Positions 18,020 to 27,930 of a stretch of 64,000 bases of DNA are shown here, in pieces (the stretch's first letter is position 1; each line of letters starts with the position of its first letter). This DNA comes from Armatimonadota bacterium (GTDB taxonomy: Bacteria > Armatimonadota > SYMT01), in the NCBI GenBank assembly GCA_041690135.1, contig JAWLHY010000018.1:1-64000 (forward strand). Reading direction: 5' to 3'. The notes under the pieces were generated by a model that was not told the origin of the DNA, ran no database searches, and was given only the letters and a program-made list of their open reading frames with translations. The position numbers were made by a program, and so were the translations under genes.

Positions 18020-19513
18020 TCAGGAGATCAACTGCTTGACGACTTTCCCCGCCACATCCGTGAGCCGGAAATCGCGCCCCTGGAAGCGATAGGTCAGGCG
18101 GGTGTGATCCATGCCGAACAGATGCAAGATCGTGGCGTGCAGGTCGTGGATGTGAACGGGGTCCTTCGTCACGTTCCAGCCGATTTCATCTGTCTCGCCG
18201 ATCACCTGACCGCCCTTGATACCGCCTCCGGCCATCCACAGGCTGAATGCGAAAGGATGGTGGTCTCGCCCGGTGTTCGGTTTCGACCCCCGCCGGTTTT
18301 CGCCCAACGGAGTGCGACCGAACTCGGAGGCCCACACCACCAGTGTAGTATCGAGAAGGCCGCGCTGTTTCAAGTCCTTGATCAGGGCCGCTACGGGTTG
18401 GTCGGACATCTGGGTACAGAACGCCAGTTCCGTGTCCAGGTTACTGTGATGATCCCAGGAGGCATGGAACAGGTTGACGAACCGCACCCCCCGCTCCACC
18501 AGGCGGCGGGCGAGCAGGCAATTCGTGGAGAACTGGTTGAAGGTGCCGGCCCCTCCGCCGCGCGGGCCGCTGAAGCCCTTCTCGTCCCGGCCGACGCCGT
18601 ACATCTCCAGAATGTGTTTCGGCTCCTGCGACAGATCCATCAATTCCGGGGCCGCGGCCTGCATGCGGAACGCAAGCTCGTAGGCGGCGATGCGTGTGGC
18701 AATCTCCGGGTCGCCAATGCGCCCCAGGCGTTCCTGGTTTAGCTCGCGGAGTGTGTCCAGGCTCTTACGCTGGAGGTCGACGCTCAGTCCGTCCGGGTTG
18801 CTCAGGTTGAGCACGGGGTCGCCCTGGTTGCGGAATAGCACTCCCTGGTAAGAGGTCGGTAGAAAGCCACTGGACCAGTTCGAGGCTCCCCCGCTGGTGC
18901 CGCGACCGGCACTCAGCACCACGTACCCGGGGAGGTTCTGCGAGGCGCTGCCCAACCCGTAGGTGAGCCACGCACCGGCGGCGGGACGACCTAAGGTCGC
19001 GAAGCCGGTGTTCATCAAGAGCTGGCCGGGATGGTGGTTGAACTGGTCCGTGTGCATCGAGCGGATCAACGCGATGTCGTCCGCGCAGGACCCCAGGTGC
19101 GGCATGAGATCCGCCAGCTCCATCCCGCACTTTCCGTACCGTTTGAACTCCCGCGGGCTGCCGAGAATTGTCGCGGACTCCTTCTGGATGAACGCGAACC
19201 GCACTTCCTTGGTGAACGACTCCGGCAGCTTCTGACCGTGGAGTTCCCGCAGCTTGGGCTTCGGATCGAACAGGTCGATCTGGCTCGGTGCTCCTTCTAG
19301 GTAGATGAAGATGCACCGTTCCGCCTTCGGCGCAAAGTGAGGAGCACGCGGCGTCAGCGGATCCGTTGCCTGTGCCGGAGGCAGGGCAGCCGCCTGTGCC
19401 GGGCTGGCCAGCAGCCCCTCCTGCTGGAACAGCGATGCCAGCGCCAGCATTCCCACGCCGTTGGCCGCATTAGCCAGAAATCTTCGTCGTGCCTCGTTCA
19501 GATCCGGCTGCAT
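18020..19513 (-). CDS. DUF1501 (sulfatase-like, planctomycete-type) protein, Tat-like leader
   Basis: RRRFL leader; GAPSQIDLFDPKP; LLARRLVERGVRFV; WDHH; EFGRTP; GRDH. Confidence 0.9.
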   Translation of the reverse strand: MQPDLNEARRRFLANAANGVGMLALASLFQQEGLLASPAQAAALPPAQATDPLTPRAPHFAPKAERCIFIYLEGAPSQIDLFDPKPKLRELHGQKLPESFTKEVRFAFIQKESATILGSPREFKRYGKCGMELADLMPHLGSCADDIALIRSMHTDQFNHHPGQLLMNTGFATLGRPAAGAWLTYGLGSASQNLPGYVVLSAGRGTSGGASNWSSGFLPTSYQGVLFRNQGDPVLNLSNPDGLSVDLQRKSLDTLRELNQERLGRIGDPEIATRIAAYELAFRMQAAAPELMDLSQEPKHILEMYGVGRDEKGFSGPRGGGAGTFNQFSTNCLLARRLVERGVRFVNLFHASWDHHSNLDTELAFCTQMSDQPVAALIKDLKQRGLLDTTLVVWASEFGRTPLGENRRGSKPNTGRDHHPFAFSLWMAGGGIKGGQVIGETDEIGWNVTKDPVHIHDLHATILHLFGMDHTRLTYRFQGRDFRLTDVAGKVVKQLIS

Positions 19514-19522
19514 CAGGTTGAT

Positions 19523-22483
19523 TTACTCCCGGGTAACGAACTCATCGAGATTGAGGATGATCCGGGCTACGGCCGTCCAGGCGGCCTGCTCGGCGGCGCC
19601 TTCCGCGGACGCACCCGCTCCCGCGAACTTCTTGGCTGCTGCCGGCGCCTTCCGGAAACTCTGTAGCATATCGGCGTGGAGGGCGAGCAGTCGCGCGGCT
19701 TCGCTGTTGCTGGGTGCGCGGCCCAGGCAGAGGCGGAACGCGTAATCGACCCGTCCGGCAGCATCGTCCGGCCCTTCCTTCAGCACGCGTTTTCCCAGGG
19801 CCTGGGCCGCTTCCATGAAGACCGGATCGTTCAGCAGGGTGAGCGCCTGGAGTGGCGTATTGGAACGCTCCCGCCGGGTGCACGCGGTGTTGGAATCGGG
19901 CGCGTCGAAGGTGGAGAGCATCGGATAGGGAACGGTCCGCTGGTAGAAGATATACATTCCTCGCTTGTACCGTTCGGCACCTTTCGACTCGGCCCATTTC
20001 ACTGAATTCGCGTATCCCAGGGCGGCGATATCCGCGGGCAGCGGGGGCCGGATGCTCGGTCCTCCGATCTCCGGGTTGAGGAGCCCACTCGCCGCCAGGT
20101 AGAGATCGCGCACCACCTCGGCCTCCACGCGGAACCGGCTCTGCCGGGCCAGCAGGATATTCTTCGGGTCACGCTCCTCCAGATCCGGCCGGCTGCGCGA
20201 TGACTGCTGATAGGTCGCGGACATCACGATCAACTTGATCAGCTTCTTGGTGCTCCAGCTAAGGCCCTGGGGTAGGGGCGAGGGGCGAGGGGCGAGGGGC
20301 GAAGTGCCCCCGTAATTCGTATTGCGTAATGCGTATCCCGAACCCCGGGAATCCGAAGCCGCTGCGGTCCGCAGGTTTAGACTCCCCCCAGCGCCCTTCT
20401 CCCTTGCTCCCCCGCGGTCCGCCAAACCGTACCCGTCTTGTTCACCAGGCACTCCATTCACCCATTCATCCATTGGATTCGGGGACACGATGGGTGCAGT
20501 GGTAACTCCTCCCCCGGCCTCTGACCCCCGGCCCCTGGCCCCTGACCCCCGGCCCCCGGCCCCTGTCCCCTGCCCCCCGGCCCCCGTCGCGAACGCGACC
20601 GCGAGGTAGTCCAGGAGCTCCGGGTGCGACGGCCGGTCGCCGCGGGTGCCGAAGTCATTCGGGGTGGCGACGAGGCCGCGGCCGAACAGGTATTGCCAGG
20701 TCCGGTTGACGGCCACGCGCGCGGTGAGCGGGTTCTCGGGGCTGGCGATCCAACGGGCCAGGTCCAGGCGTGTGGGCCGGACAGGTGCCGGAGTGGCTCC
20801 CGAGGTTCGAGCATTTGCCGTAGGTGCGGAGGCGGTGGAAAGCGCCGGAAGCACGGCTAGTGTGTGCGGCTCCACCGCGGCGCCTTTGCGTAGGAAGTCG
20901 CCACGCAGGTGGATGTGCGTAGGGCGCGGCTCGGGTCGCTCGGCCAGGGTCATGGCGATCCGTGCCGGGCGTGCGGGGGCCTTCTTGAGGTGGTCCTCTA
21001 CGGCCTTAGCCAGCTTGCCGTATTCCGGGTCCACCGAGCGGAAGTGCTGCGCTAGTTCCTGCTTCTGCGCGGCGGATCGTTTGTCCGAAGGAAGGTTGAG
21101 CACCTCCCCTATGGAAGCGGGTAGCTTGGGTTTCTCGGCGGCAACCCGTTGTTCCCACGCGGCCAAACGTGCGGGCAATTCATCCTGTTCGAACGTCTTG
21201 AGGTTAGCCTGCAATCCGGCATGCTCGCGGTCGAATTTCTCGCGGGCCTTCCGGTACGCCTCGAGTTCGGCCGGGGTGGGCGCCGGAACGTCAACTTCGT
21301 CCACGCTGTTGAAGAAGGCGTAAATCCCGTAAAACTCGCGCTGCGTGATGGGATCGTACTTATGGGTGTGGCACTCGGCACAGGCCACGGTAAGGCCCAG
21401 CCACGCGGTACCGGTGGTGGAGACACGATCCACGGTGTTCTTCACCCGGTCTTCTTCCTGATCCACGCCGCCTTCGCGGTTCTTCAGGGTATTCCGGTGG
21501 AACCCCGTGGCAATCTTCTGGTCCAGGGTCGCGTTGGGGAGCAGGTCACCCGCGAGTTGTTCCACCGTGAACTGGTCGAACGGCATATCCCGGTTGAACG
21601 CCTGGATCACCCAGTCCCGGTACAGGTAGGCGTAGGGGCGTGCCAGGTCCTTCTCATACCCGTCGCTGTCCGCGTACCGGGCCAGGTCTAGCCAGTGGCG
21701 CCCCCACCGCTCGCCGAAATGGGGGGAGGCGAGGAGCCGATCGACCACCTTTTCATAGGCGTCGGGGCTCCGGTCCGTCACGAAAGCTTCGACCTCCCGG
21801 GGTGTGGGGGGGAGCCCAGTCAGGTCCATACTCAAACGGCGGATCAGCGTTGGCCGGCTGGCGTAAGGTGAAGGCCGGATCCCTTCCTTTTCAAGACTGG
21901 CCAGGACGAAGGCATCGATCGGGTTCTTCACCCACGCACGTGCCCGGACCTTCGGCACGGCTGGTAGAGTGGGCGCGACGAAGGCCCAGTGGGTTTGCTC
22001 GACTTGATCGCTCGCCCGACCTCCGACCCCCGACCCCTGACCCCCTTGCCACGCGGCTCCCTGGTCGATCCAGGCACGCAGCAATCCGATCTCGGCGGGT
22101 GTGAGCCGCTTTCCGGCGGGCGGCATAATCTTGCCGGGTTCGAGACCGGCGACGTACTGCACGAGGAGGCTCTCGGCACTCTTGCCGGGAACAAGAGCGG
22201 CGCCGGAATCGCCGCCCTGGAGGAGGGCTTCCCGACGGTCGAGCCGGAGGCCGCCCTGGCGCTGGCTACCGCTGTGACAGGCGAAGCAGCGCTGCTTGAG
22301 GAGGGGTAGGACTTCCTTCTCGAAAGTGACGGGACGGGCGAGCGCGGGAGGGAGCGTGCTTCGCCGGGTGGCGACGGCGTCAGGAGACTTCGCGGTGGCG
22401 GCGACTGTCCCGAAGCACAGACCCGCCAGTGCGGTACTCCCCAGGACGACTCGATGGGACAATCGGAACCTCACGCGCTGCAC
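19523..22483 (-). CDS. Planctomycete cytochrome c + DUF1549/DUF1553 (PSCyt1/PSCyt2/PSD1) protein with an internal repeat insertion
   Basis: CFACH; NPIDAFV; GERWGRHWLDLARYADS; CAECHTHKYDPI; NPLTARVAVNR; HPELLD; NTPLQAL.LLND. Confidence 0.9.
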   Translation of the reverse strand: MQRVRFRLSHRVVLGSTALAGLCFGTVAATAKSPDAVATRRSTLPPALARPVTFEKEVLPLLKQRCFACHSGSQRQGGLRLDRREALLQGGDSGAALVPGKSAESLLVQYVAGLEPGKIMPPAGKRLTPAEIGLLRAWIDQGAAWQGGQGSGVGGRASDQVEQTHWAFVAPTLPAVPKVRARAWVKNPIDAFVLASLEKEGIRPSPYASRPTLIRRLSMDLTGLPPTPREVEAFVTDRSPDAYEKVVDRLLASPHFGERWGRHWLDLARYADSDGYEKDLARPYAYLYRDWVIQAFNRDMPFDQFTVEQLAGDLLPNATLDQKIATGFHRNTLKNREGGVDQEEDRVKNTVDRVSTTGTAWLGLTVACAECHTHKYDPITQREFYGIYAFFNSVDEVDVPAPTPAELEAYRKAREKFDREHAGLQANLKTFEQDELPARLAAWEQRVAAEKPKLPASIGEVLNLPSDKRSAAQKQELAQHFRSVDPEYGKLAKAVEDHLKKAPARPARIAMTLAERPEPRPTHIHLRGDFLRKGAAVEPHTLAVLPALSTASAPTANARTSGATPAPVRPTRLDLARWIASPENPLTARVAVNRTWQYLFGRGLVATPNDFGTRGDRPSHPELLDYLAVAFATGAGGQGTGAGGRGSGARGRGSEAGGGVTTAPIVSPNPMDEWVNGVPGEQDGYGLADRGGAREKGAGGSLNLRTAAASDSRGSGYALRNTNYGGTSPLAPRPSPLPQGLSWSTKKLIKLIVMSATYQQSSRSRPDLEERDPKNILLARQSRFRVEAEVVRDLYLAASGLLNPEIGGPSIRPPLPADIAALGYANSVKWAESKGAERYKRGMYIFYQRTVPYPMLSTFDAPDSNTACTRRERSNTPLQALTLLNDPVFMEAAQALGKRVLKEGPDDAAGRVDYAFRLCLGRAPSNSEAARLLALHADMLQSFRKAPAAAKKFAGAGASAEGAAEQAAWTAVARIILNLDEFVTRE
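20274..20588. repeat. Mosaic of short tandem repeats inside the PSD1 gene
   Basis: (AGGGGCG)x4 at 20274-20301; degenerate CGTAATT/CGTATTG heptamer x4 at 20311-20338; CCATTCA-type octamers at 20454-20477; 11 degenerate CCC[CT]G[GA]C-type heptamers at 20512-20588. Confidence 0.85.
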
Positions 22484-22604
22484 TCCTCCTCACCGGGGGC
22501 TTGGGCGGCCCCGGGCCGGCGATAGAATTCCACGGGATGCGGTGGCCGCTTGATGAGACACTCCAGAGGCCCGGTGGTCGCAGGATAGTGTCGCGGGAGT
22601 TACA

Positions 22605-23444
22605 TCAGGGCTCCACCGGGTAACCCAATTCCTTCTGAAGTTCACCGATCACCGAGAGAATGTACTGCTTCTGTCGCGCGCTGAAGGAAGCCCACCGGCA
22701 CTCGGGGGTTTTGAGGAGCGACCGGGCGTTGCCGACGACGGCGTTGCGTTCCGCTTCTCCCCAGCCGAGGCCGATGTGGAGGCAGGTATCCCGCAGGACG
22801 CGCTCCGGATCACTCACCATCTCCTCATAGCGGATGAAGGCTACCCGCTCACCTGATAGGCCGTGGAGGTCCGGAATCGCCGTGCGGTGGGCGCGGACCC
22901 ATTGGTGCGGCGCCAGGGAAAGCCACACTTTGCGGGCGACGAGGGAGGCCGTGGTGTGGCGGCCGTCGCGAATCACATGCACGAAGCGGCAGTCCGGAAA
23001 GATTCGGTCGATCAGGGGAATGCGTACGGCATTCGCCGGCGTCTTCTCCAGCATCCGGCCATATCCGGAGAGTGCCTCGTGAAACTCGCGGCGGAAGAAC
23101 TCCACCACCTGGGGCGATGCTTGTTGTTCCGTGCGACGGAGATACCAGTACCAGGGCGGAAGCGCCCAGCGGTGGCGGCTCCAGTCCGGGTATTTCTTGC
23201 GCCAGATGTACTGTCCCTCGCTGAACTCGCCTCGGCCGACGTTGGCGATTTCCGGATGCGCGGCGAGAAGTCGCGCGGCGATTGTGGTGCCGCCTCGGTT
23301 ACAGCCGGAGATAAAGATGGACGGACCGGCAAACTTCGGGTATTCCGGATAGGGTGAGCTCTGCCCCGGCAGACGTGGGTAGAGGGAGCCGTCCGCGTCT
23401 CCGGCAGGAGAGGTTCTAGGGACGGACAGGTTCGAAGAAGACAT
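22605..23444 (-). CDS. Sulfotransferase family protein
   Basis: IFISGCNRGGTT (PAPS loop), EKTPAN, FVHVIRDGR, IRYEEMV.DP. Confidence 0.85.
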   Translation of the reverse strand: MSSSNLSVPRTSPAGDADGSLYPRLPGQSSPYPEYPKFAGPSIFISGCNRGGTTIAARLLAAHPEIANVGRGEFSEGQYIWRKKYPDWSRHRWALPPWYWYLRRTEQQASPQVVEFFRREFHEALSGYGRMLEKTPANAVRIPLIDRIFPDCRFVHVIRDGRHTTASLVARKVWLSLAPHQWVRAHRTAIPDLHGLSGERVAFIRYEEMVSDPERVLRDTCLHIGLGWGEAERNAVVGNARSLLKTPECRWASFSARQKQYILSVIGELQKELGYPVEP

Positions 23445-23503
23445 AGAGCAAACTACAGTTAGGGTCCGGGCTTATCCGCGACCCACGGGACAGGGGATCG
23501 ACC

Positions 23504-24601
23504 ATGTCAGCCGAACACCCAACGCGCATCGGAGTGCTGACCGGCGGCGGTGACGCGCCGGGCTTGAACGCGGTACTTCGCGGGGTGGTGAAAGCCGCCA
23601 GCCAGCTAGGATGGGAAGTCGTAGGTTTCGAGAAAGGTTACGAAGGGCTTCTCTCTCCCGCATCTTACCGCATCCTGACGAATGAGAACACGAAAGGGAT
23701 TCTCCATCTGGGCGGCACGATCCTTGGCACCGTGAACAAAGGCCACTTTGCCGCCAAAGTCGGTGAAGGGGAAGCTCGCCGGATCGATCCCGACATCCTA
23801 TCCGCAGCGCATGCCACGGTCCAGAATCTCGGGCTGCGCGGCCTCGTCTGTATCGGCGGAGACGGTAGCCTCTCAATCGCCCAGCAACTCTACGAGATCG
23901 GGGTCCCGGTGGTCGGCGTGCCGAAGACGATCGACAACGACCTGGAGGCGACCGTGATCACCTTCGGGTTCGACAGTGCCGTCGCATTCGCTACCGAAGC
24001 ACTCGACCGTCTCCATCCCACCGCCTGCGCGCACGAGCGGGTGATGGTGGTGGAGGTGATGGGCCGACACGCCGGCTGGATCGCGGTAAGCGCGGGAGTT
24101 GCCGGCGGCGCGGATGTGATCCTGATCCCCGAGATTGATTGGAACTTCGACTCCGTGATCAAAAAGATCCGCGATCGGGAGACGATCGGTCGCAACTTCG
24201 CGATTGTTGTCGTGGCCGAGGGCGCGCGCTGGCCGGATGGAGACCTCGTGGCCTGCGCGACGGGCGAAGGAGAAATCGGCGAGATCAAGCTGGGCGGTAT
24301 CGGGGAGCGCCTGGCGCGGGAAATCCAGCGCCTGTCGGGGCGGGAAAGCCGCCATGTCGTGCTGGGTCATCTACAGCGGGGCGGGGCGCCGACCACGTTC
24401 GACCGCCTGCTGGCCACCCGGTTCGGGGTCCATGCTGTAGAACTCGTGGTCCAGGGTAGATTCGGGCGCATGGTCTCGCACCAGCCGCCGGATACACTTT
24501 CGGTGCCGATCTCGGAGGCGATCCATCGCATCCGCACCGTTCCCGTAAAGGGCGACCTGGTGCGAACCGCCCGTTCCCTGGGCATCTCCTTCGGAGACTG
24601 A
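23504..24601 (+). CDS. pfkA: 6-phosphofructokinase (PfkA family, GGDGS type)
   Basis: GVLTGGGDAPGLN; GGDGS; PKTIDND; EVMGRHAGW; LGHLQRGG. Confidence 0.93.
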   Translation: MSAEHPTRIGVLTGGGDAPGLNAVLRGVVKAASQLGWEVVGFEKGYEGLLSPASYRILTNENTKGILHLGGTILGTVNKGHFAAKVGEGEARRIDPDILSAAHATVQNLGLRGLVCIGGDGSLSIAQQLYEIGVPVVGVPKTIDNDLEATVITFGFDSAVAFATEALDRLHPTACAHERVMVVEVMGRHAGWIAVSAGVAGGADVILIPEIDWNFDSVIKKIRDRETIGRNFAIVVVAEGARWPDGDLVACATGEGEIGEIKLGGIGERLAREIQRLSGRESRHVVLGHLQRGGAPTTFDRLLATRFGVHAVELVVQGRFGRMVSHQPPDTLSVPISEAIHRIRTVPVKGDLVRTARSLGISFGD

Positions 24602-24607
24602 ACCTGA

Positions 24608-25630
24608 GTGGAAGAACGACTCCGTGGAGTGCTACTCGGGACGGCGCTGGGAGATGCCCTGGGCCTCCCCGCTGAGCGCATGAGTGCCGCCGCCATCGCG
24701 AAGCGGTTCGGGCGGCTGGATCGTTTCCGGCTGCTCGGCGAGACCGGCTTCGTGTCGGATGATACGGAACAGGCGGCCCTGGTGGCGCAGAGTTTGATCC
24801 GCTATCCACAGGACCCGGACGGCTGCGCGCGCGACTTCCGACGGGCTCTGTTGGGTTGGTTCTTGCGCATGCCCTGGGGGGCGGGCATGGCCACGCTGCG
24901 CGCCTGTTCCCGGATCGCCCTGGGTCTTCCCCGGAGCGGAGTTCCCTCCGCCGGCAACGGAGCCGCCATGCGAGCGGCGGTGATCGGCGTGTTCTTCCAC
25001 GACCGGCCGCAAGAACGGCACCGGTTTGGGCGCGCGCTGGCGGAAGTGACGCATCTCGACCCGCGAGCCGTAGAGGGTGCCCTCTTGGTGGCCGAGGTCG
25101 CGGCGGCACTCGCCCACTGTCCAGCGGGAGAAGCAACGCTGGATCCGGTACTTGCGGCGCTGAACGTCGTCTCGGAGCCTTCCCTGCGAGAAGCCATTGA
25201 GAAGGCGATTGCACTGGCGCGCACCGGAACGGAAGTGGACGAAGCAGCGGGCCAGTTGGGAACCAGCGGCTACGTCGTACATACCCTCTCGTTCGCGATC
25301 TACTGCCTGCTGCGTGGTGATCGAGACCCCCTGACGGTATTGACGACCGCCTTCACCGCCGGCGGCGACACCGACTCGATCGGGGCAATTCTGGGAGGAT
25401 GGCTGGGGGCACTCCATGGGGAAGCGGGCCTCCCCCACTCACTCCTGGACCGGGTTCACGACGGACCATTCGGGCCCACCCACCTGCGTGCTTTGGGAAG
25501 TGGGCTGGAGCAGGTACGACAGGGCACAGTCGTAACACCCCCGGGTTACTCCCCCGCCGCCGCTCTGGCGCGCAACCTGGCGCTCTACCCGGTCATCCTG
25601 GCCCACGGTTTTCGCAGGCTAGTTGGATAA
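24608..25630 (+). CDS. ADP-ribosylglycohydrolase family protein
   Basis: GTALGDALG; SDDT; GNGAAMR; GGDTDS. Confidence 0.9.
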   Translation: MEERLRGVLLGTALGDALGLPAERMSAAAIAKRFGRLDRFRLLGETGFVSDDTEQAALVAQSLIRYPQDPDGCARDFRRALLGWFLRMPWGAGMATLRACSRIALGLPRSGVPSAGNGAAMRAAVIGVFFHDRPQERHRFGRALAEVTHLDPRAVEGALLVAEVAAALAHCPAGEATLDPVLAALNVVSEPSLREAIEKAIALARTGTEVDEAAGQLGTSGYVVHTLSFAIYCLLRGDRDPLTVLTTAFTAGGDTDSIGAILGGWLGALHGEAGLPHSLLDRVHDGPFGPTHLRALGSGLEQVRQGTVVTPPGYSPAAALARNLALYPVILAHGFRRLVG

Positions 25631-25635
25631 CAGAA

Positions 25636-26928
25636 TCAAGCGGCGGGCGCCAGCGGGTTCTTCTCGGCGGGAGCGGGTCGGGACCGCGGTAGCTCCGGGT
25701 CCGGCTTGAACTGCTGCAGCGCCTGGAAACGCTCTGCGGTCGCCTTGGCGGACTCCCGTGAGAGTTCGAGGTGCACGGCATCCGACCGGATCTCCCTACC
25801 GGGCTTGACCCCCAGGGTAAGCCATTCCGCGGCGCTGTAGGTGGCGTTCGGCTGATCTCCTGCAGCGCCTTGCAGGCTGACGGCGACCCAGGCCAGGCCG
25901 CGCGGCACGTCCTCGAAGGTGTAGTTCCCCTCGTCATTCGGGGTTGTGGTCCGTGCGAACACGGGGACCTTCTCAACGGGATCGTAGACCGTCAGGCTGA
26001 CGCGCGAGCGGGATAACGGGACGTCGAGTCCCTTGAGGGAGACCTTTCCTTGCACGCGGTGGAGCGGCTCCATCACGAACTCGAGCTCGGCAGGGCTGGT
26101 GCCGCGGCGTACTTCAAAACGCCGGTAGCCGCACCGTTGCTTGGGAATGGATACCGTCATGGTGTAGCGGACCTGTGCGTCCTCTTCCACCACCGGGAAC
26201 ATCAGCAGGTTCTTGTCTTTCGCCGACCAACTGTAGCCGAAGGAAACCTGCCCGTTCTCCTTCTCCACGTGAATGGTGATACCGCCCTTCTCTTCCACCG
26301 GGCCGAGCGGGTTGGCGCCGGGCTCCTTCTGGAAGATTAGGTTCCAACTCTGCTTGAGCTCGCCTCCCTCCCGCCGGGCATTGACTACGAGGCGGTCCCA
26401 GGTGGCGGGAGCTCCATTCGGCTCGACGGCGCGCATCACCAGGTAAGGCATCTGGATCTGAAGCGCCGGTCGCTGTGGCGTGATCTCCACCTCCGCCCGG
26501 TACAGCTCCGCGAGGTCCCGTTCCAGGGGCATCTCCGGAATGCGGACACGCACGGTGTACTTTCCCGCCGGCACGTTTGGGAAGGTGAAGCGGCCGCGGG
26601 CGTCCGTGTGGGCTTGGAGGCGGACCAGCCCCCGCGAAACGGTAGGGCGTTCCAGCAGGACGTCGAGGTGGCGCAGGTCGCCCATGACCACGACCGGCAG
26701 CATCTCTCCGCGCACGCGGGCCAGTACCTCGCCCGTAACCGCCACCTTGGGAGGGGACTCCTGCACCGGCTTGGTCGGCGGCGTGGGGTTGCGGGAAGCC
26801 GGGCGGCTTCCTGCCGGTTTTCGAGGAGATGCGGGAGTTGGCGGCGCCGCTGCACAGGCCGTCGCCACTACCCAGGTCATTGCGCCCGGCACCAGCATGA
26901 AAAACTCTCGCCACGTTCGGCCGACCAT
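25636..26928 (-). CDS. Hypothetical exported protein with carboxypeptidase-regulatory-like Ig domains
   Basis: TDARGRFTFPNVPAGKY and NDEGNYTFEDVPRG motifs; hydrophobic N-terminus. Confidence 0.65.
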   Translation of the reverse strand: MVGRTWREFFMLVPGAMTWVVATACAAAPPTPASPRKPAGSRPASRNPTPPTKPVQESPPKVAVTGEVLARVRGEMLPVVVMGDLRHLDVLLERPTVSRGLVRLQAHTDARGRFTFPNVPAGKYTVRVRIPEMPLERDLAELYRAEVEITPQRPALQIQMPYLVMRAVEPNGAPATWDRLVVNARREGGELKQSWNLIFQKEPGANPLGPVEEKGGITIHVEKENGQVSFGYSWSAKDKNLLMFPVVEEDAQVRYTMTVSIPKQRCGYRRFEVRRGTSPAELEFVMEPLHRVQGKVSLKGLDVPLSRSRVSLTVYDPVEKVPVFARTTTPNDEGNYTFEDVPRGLAWVAVSLQGAAGDQPNATYSAAEWLTLGVKPGREIRSDAVHLELSRESAKATAERFQALQQFKPDPELPRSRPAPAEKNPLAPAA

Positions 26929-27014
26929 CGGGTGTCCTCCTCTCCATGGGATTCGCGCGAAAGCCGGTGCATCCCTGCCCCGGCCGCCCCTTCTGGGGAA
27001 ACCCCTGCCGACAC

Positions 27015-27053
27015 AACAAAACCCGTCGCGTCTGGAGGCAGGCGCGACGGGTT
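27015..27053 (-). terminator. Intrinsic terminator of sir-cysH
   Basis: Minus strand AACCCGTCGCG..CGCGACGGGTT followed by TTGTTGT. Confidence 0.75.
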
Positions 27054-27079
27054 CATCAATCGGCGGCCAGGGGCTCGGG

Positions 27080-27907
27080 CTAATGTCCTTTGCCGTTGGC
27101 TCCGTTGAGGGTGATTATCTGACTCTGGTGACCGAGTATCGCTTCGGCCTCATGCTCGAAGCCGCCCGTTTCAATAGAGCAGTGCATACCGCATTCCTTG
27201 GGCGCGTTCGTCTCCCACCACCACCGGCCACTCCGGCCATGCTCGCCTTCCTTCACCGGGCGGGTGCAGGGCTGGCAGCCCAGGCTCTTGTACCCCTTGG
27301 CGTATGAGGGATGGATCGGCACGTCGTTCTCGCGGGCGTAGTTCCACACATCCTCTTCCGTCCAGTCCGCCAGCGGGCAGAGCTTGATGATGCCGCCGTG
27401 GTCGTGGTCGATCTCGATCTTCTTGATGTTCGCCCGGGTGGCCCATTGGTCCCGGCGCAGACCCGTCACCCAGCAGTCGAGGGTCTGGAGCGCCCGAAGC
27501 TGGGGCAGCACTTTGCGCACCTGGCAGCAGCGGATGCGGTTCTGCACGCTGTCGTAAAAGAGGTTGACCCCATGCTTGCGGGTCATCTCCTCCACTGCCC
27601 GGTATTCCGGGAACATCACCTCGAGCTGAATGCCGTACCGCAGCCGGAAGGCATCCATGATCTCGAACTGTTCCTGGGGGAAGCGTCCCGTATCGACGGT
27701 GATGACGCGGACCTTTGGGTTGATCCTCCAGGCCATGTCGATCAATACTGAGCCATCGATCTGGAAGCTGGTGACGAGCGCGAACCGCTCCAGGCCGAAG
27801 CGATCGATCGCCCACTCAAGTACGTCTTCCGGCTCGCGGGTTTCGTACTCCACCGCCAGTTCGCCGACTTCCAGATCGTCGAGGAGTTCGCGTTCTGCGT
27901 CTAGCAT
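27080..27907 (-). CDS. cysH: Adenylylsulfate/phosphoadenylylsulfate reductase, [4Fe-4S] APS-reductase type
   Basis: VDTGR; RCCQVRK; GY.SLGCQPCT; RSGRW; KECGMH. Confidence 0.92.
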   Translation of the reverse strand: MLDAERELLDDLEVGELAVEYETREPEDVLEWAIDRFGLERFALVTSFQIDGSVLIDMAWRINPKVRVITVDTGRFPQEQFEIMDAFRLRYGIQLEVMFPEYRAVEEMTRKHGVNLFYDSVQNRIRCCQVRKVLPQLRALQTLDCWVTGLRRDQWATRANIKKIEIDHDHGGIIKLCPLADWTEEDVWNYARENDVPIHPSYAKGYKSLGCQPCTRPVKEGEHGRSGRWWWETNAPKECGMHCSIETGGFEHEAEAILGHQSQIITLNGANGKGH

Positions 27908-27930
27908 TTCCCCATCCTCCTTCGCAGCGC

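Noticed and set aside
20270-20590. Intein in the PSD1 protein
   Set aside because: No N-terminal Cys/Ser block and no C-terminal His-Asn/Cys motif; the insert is low-complexity repeat sequence.
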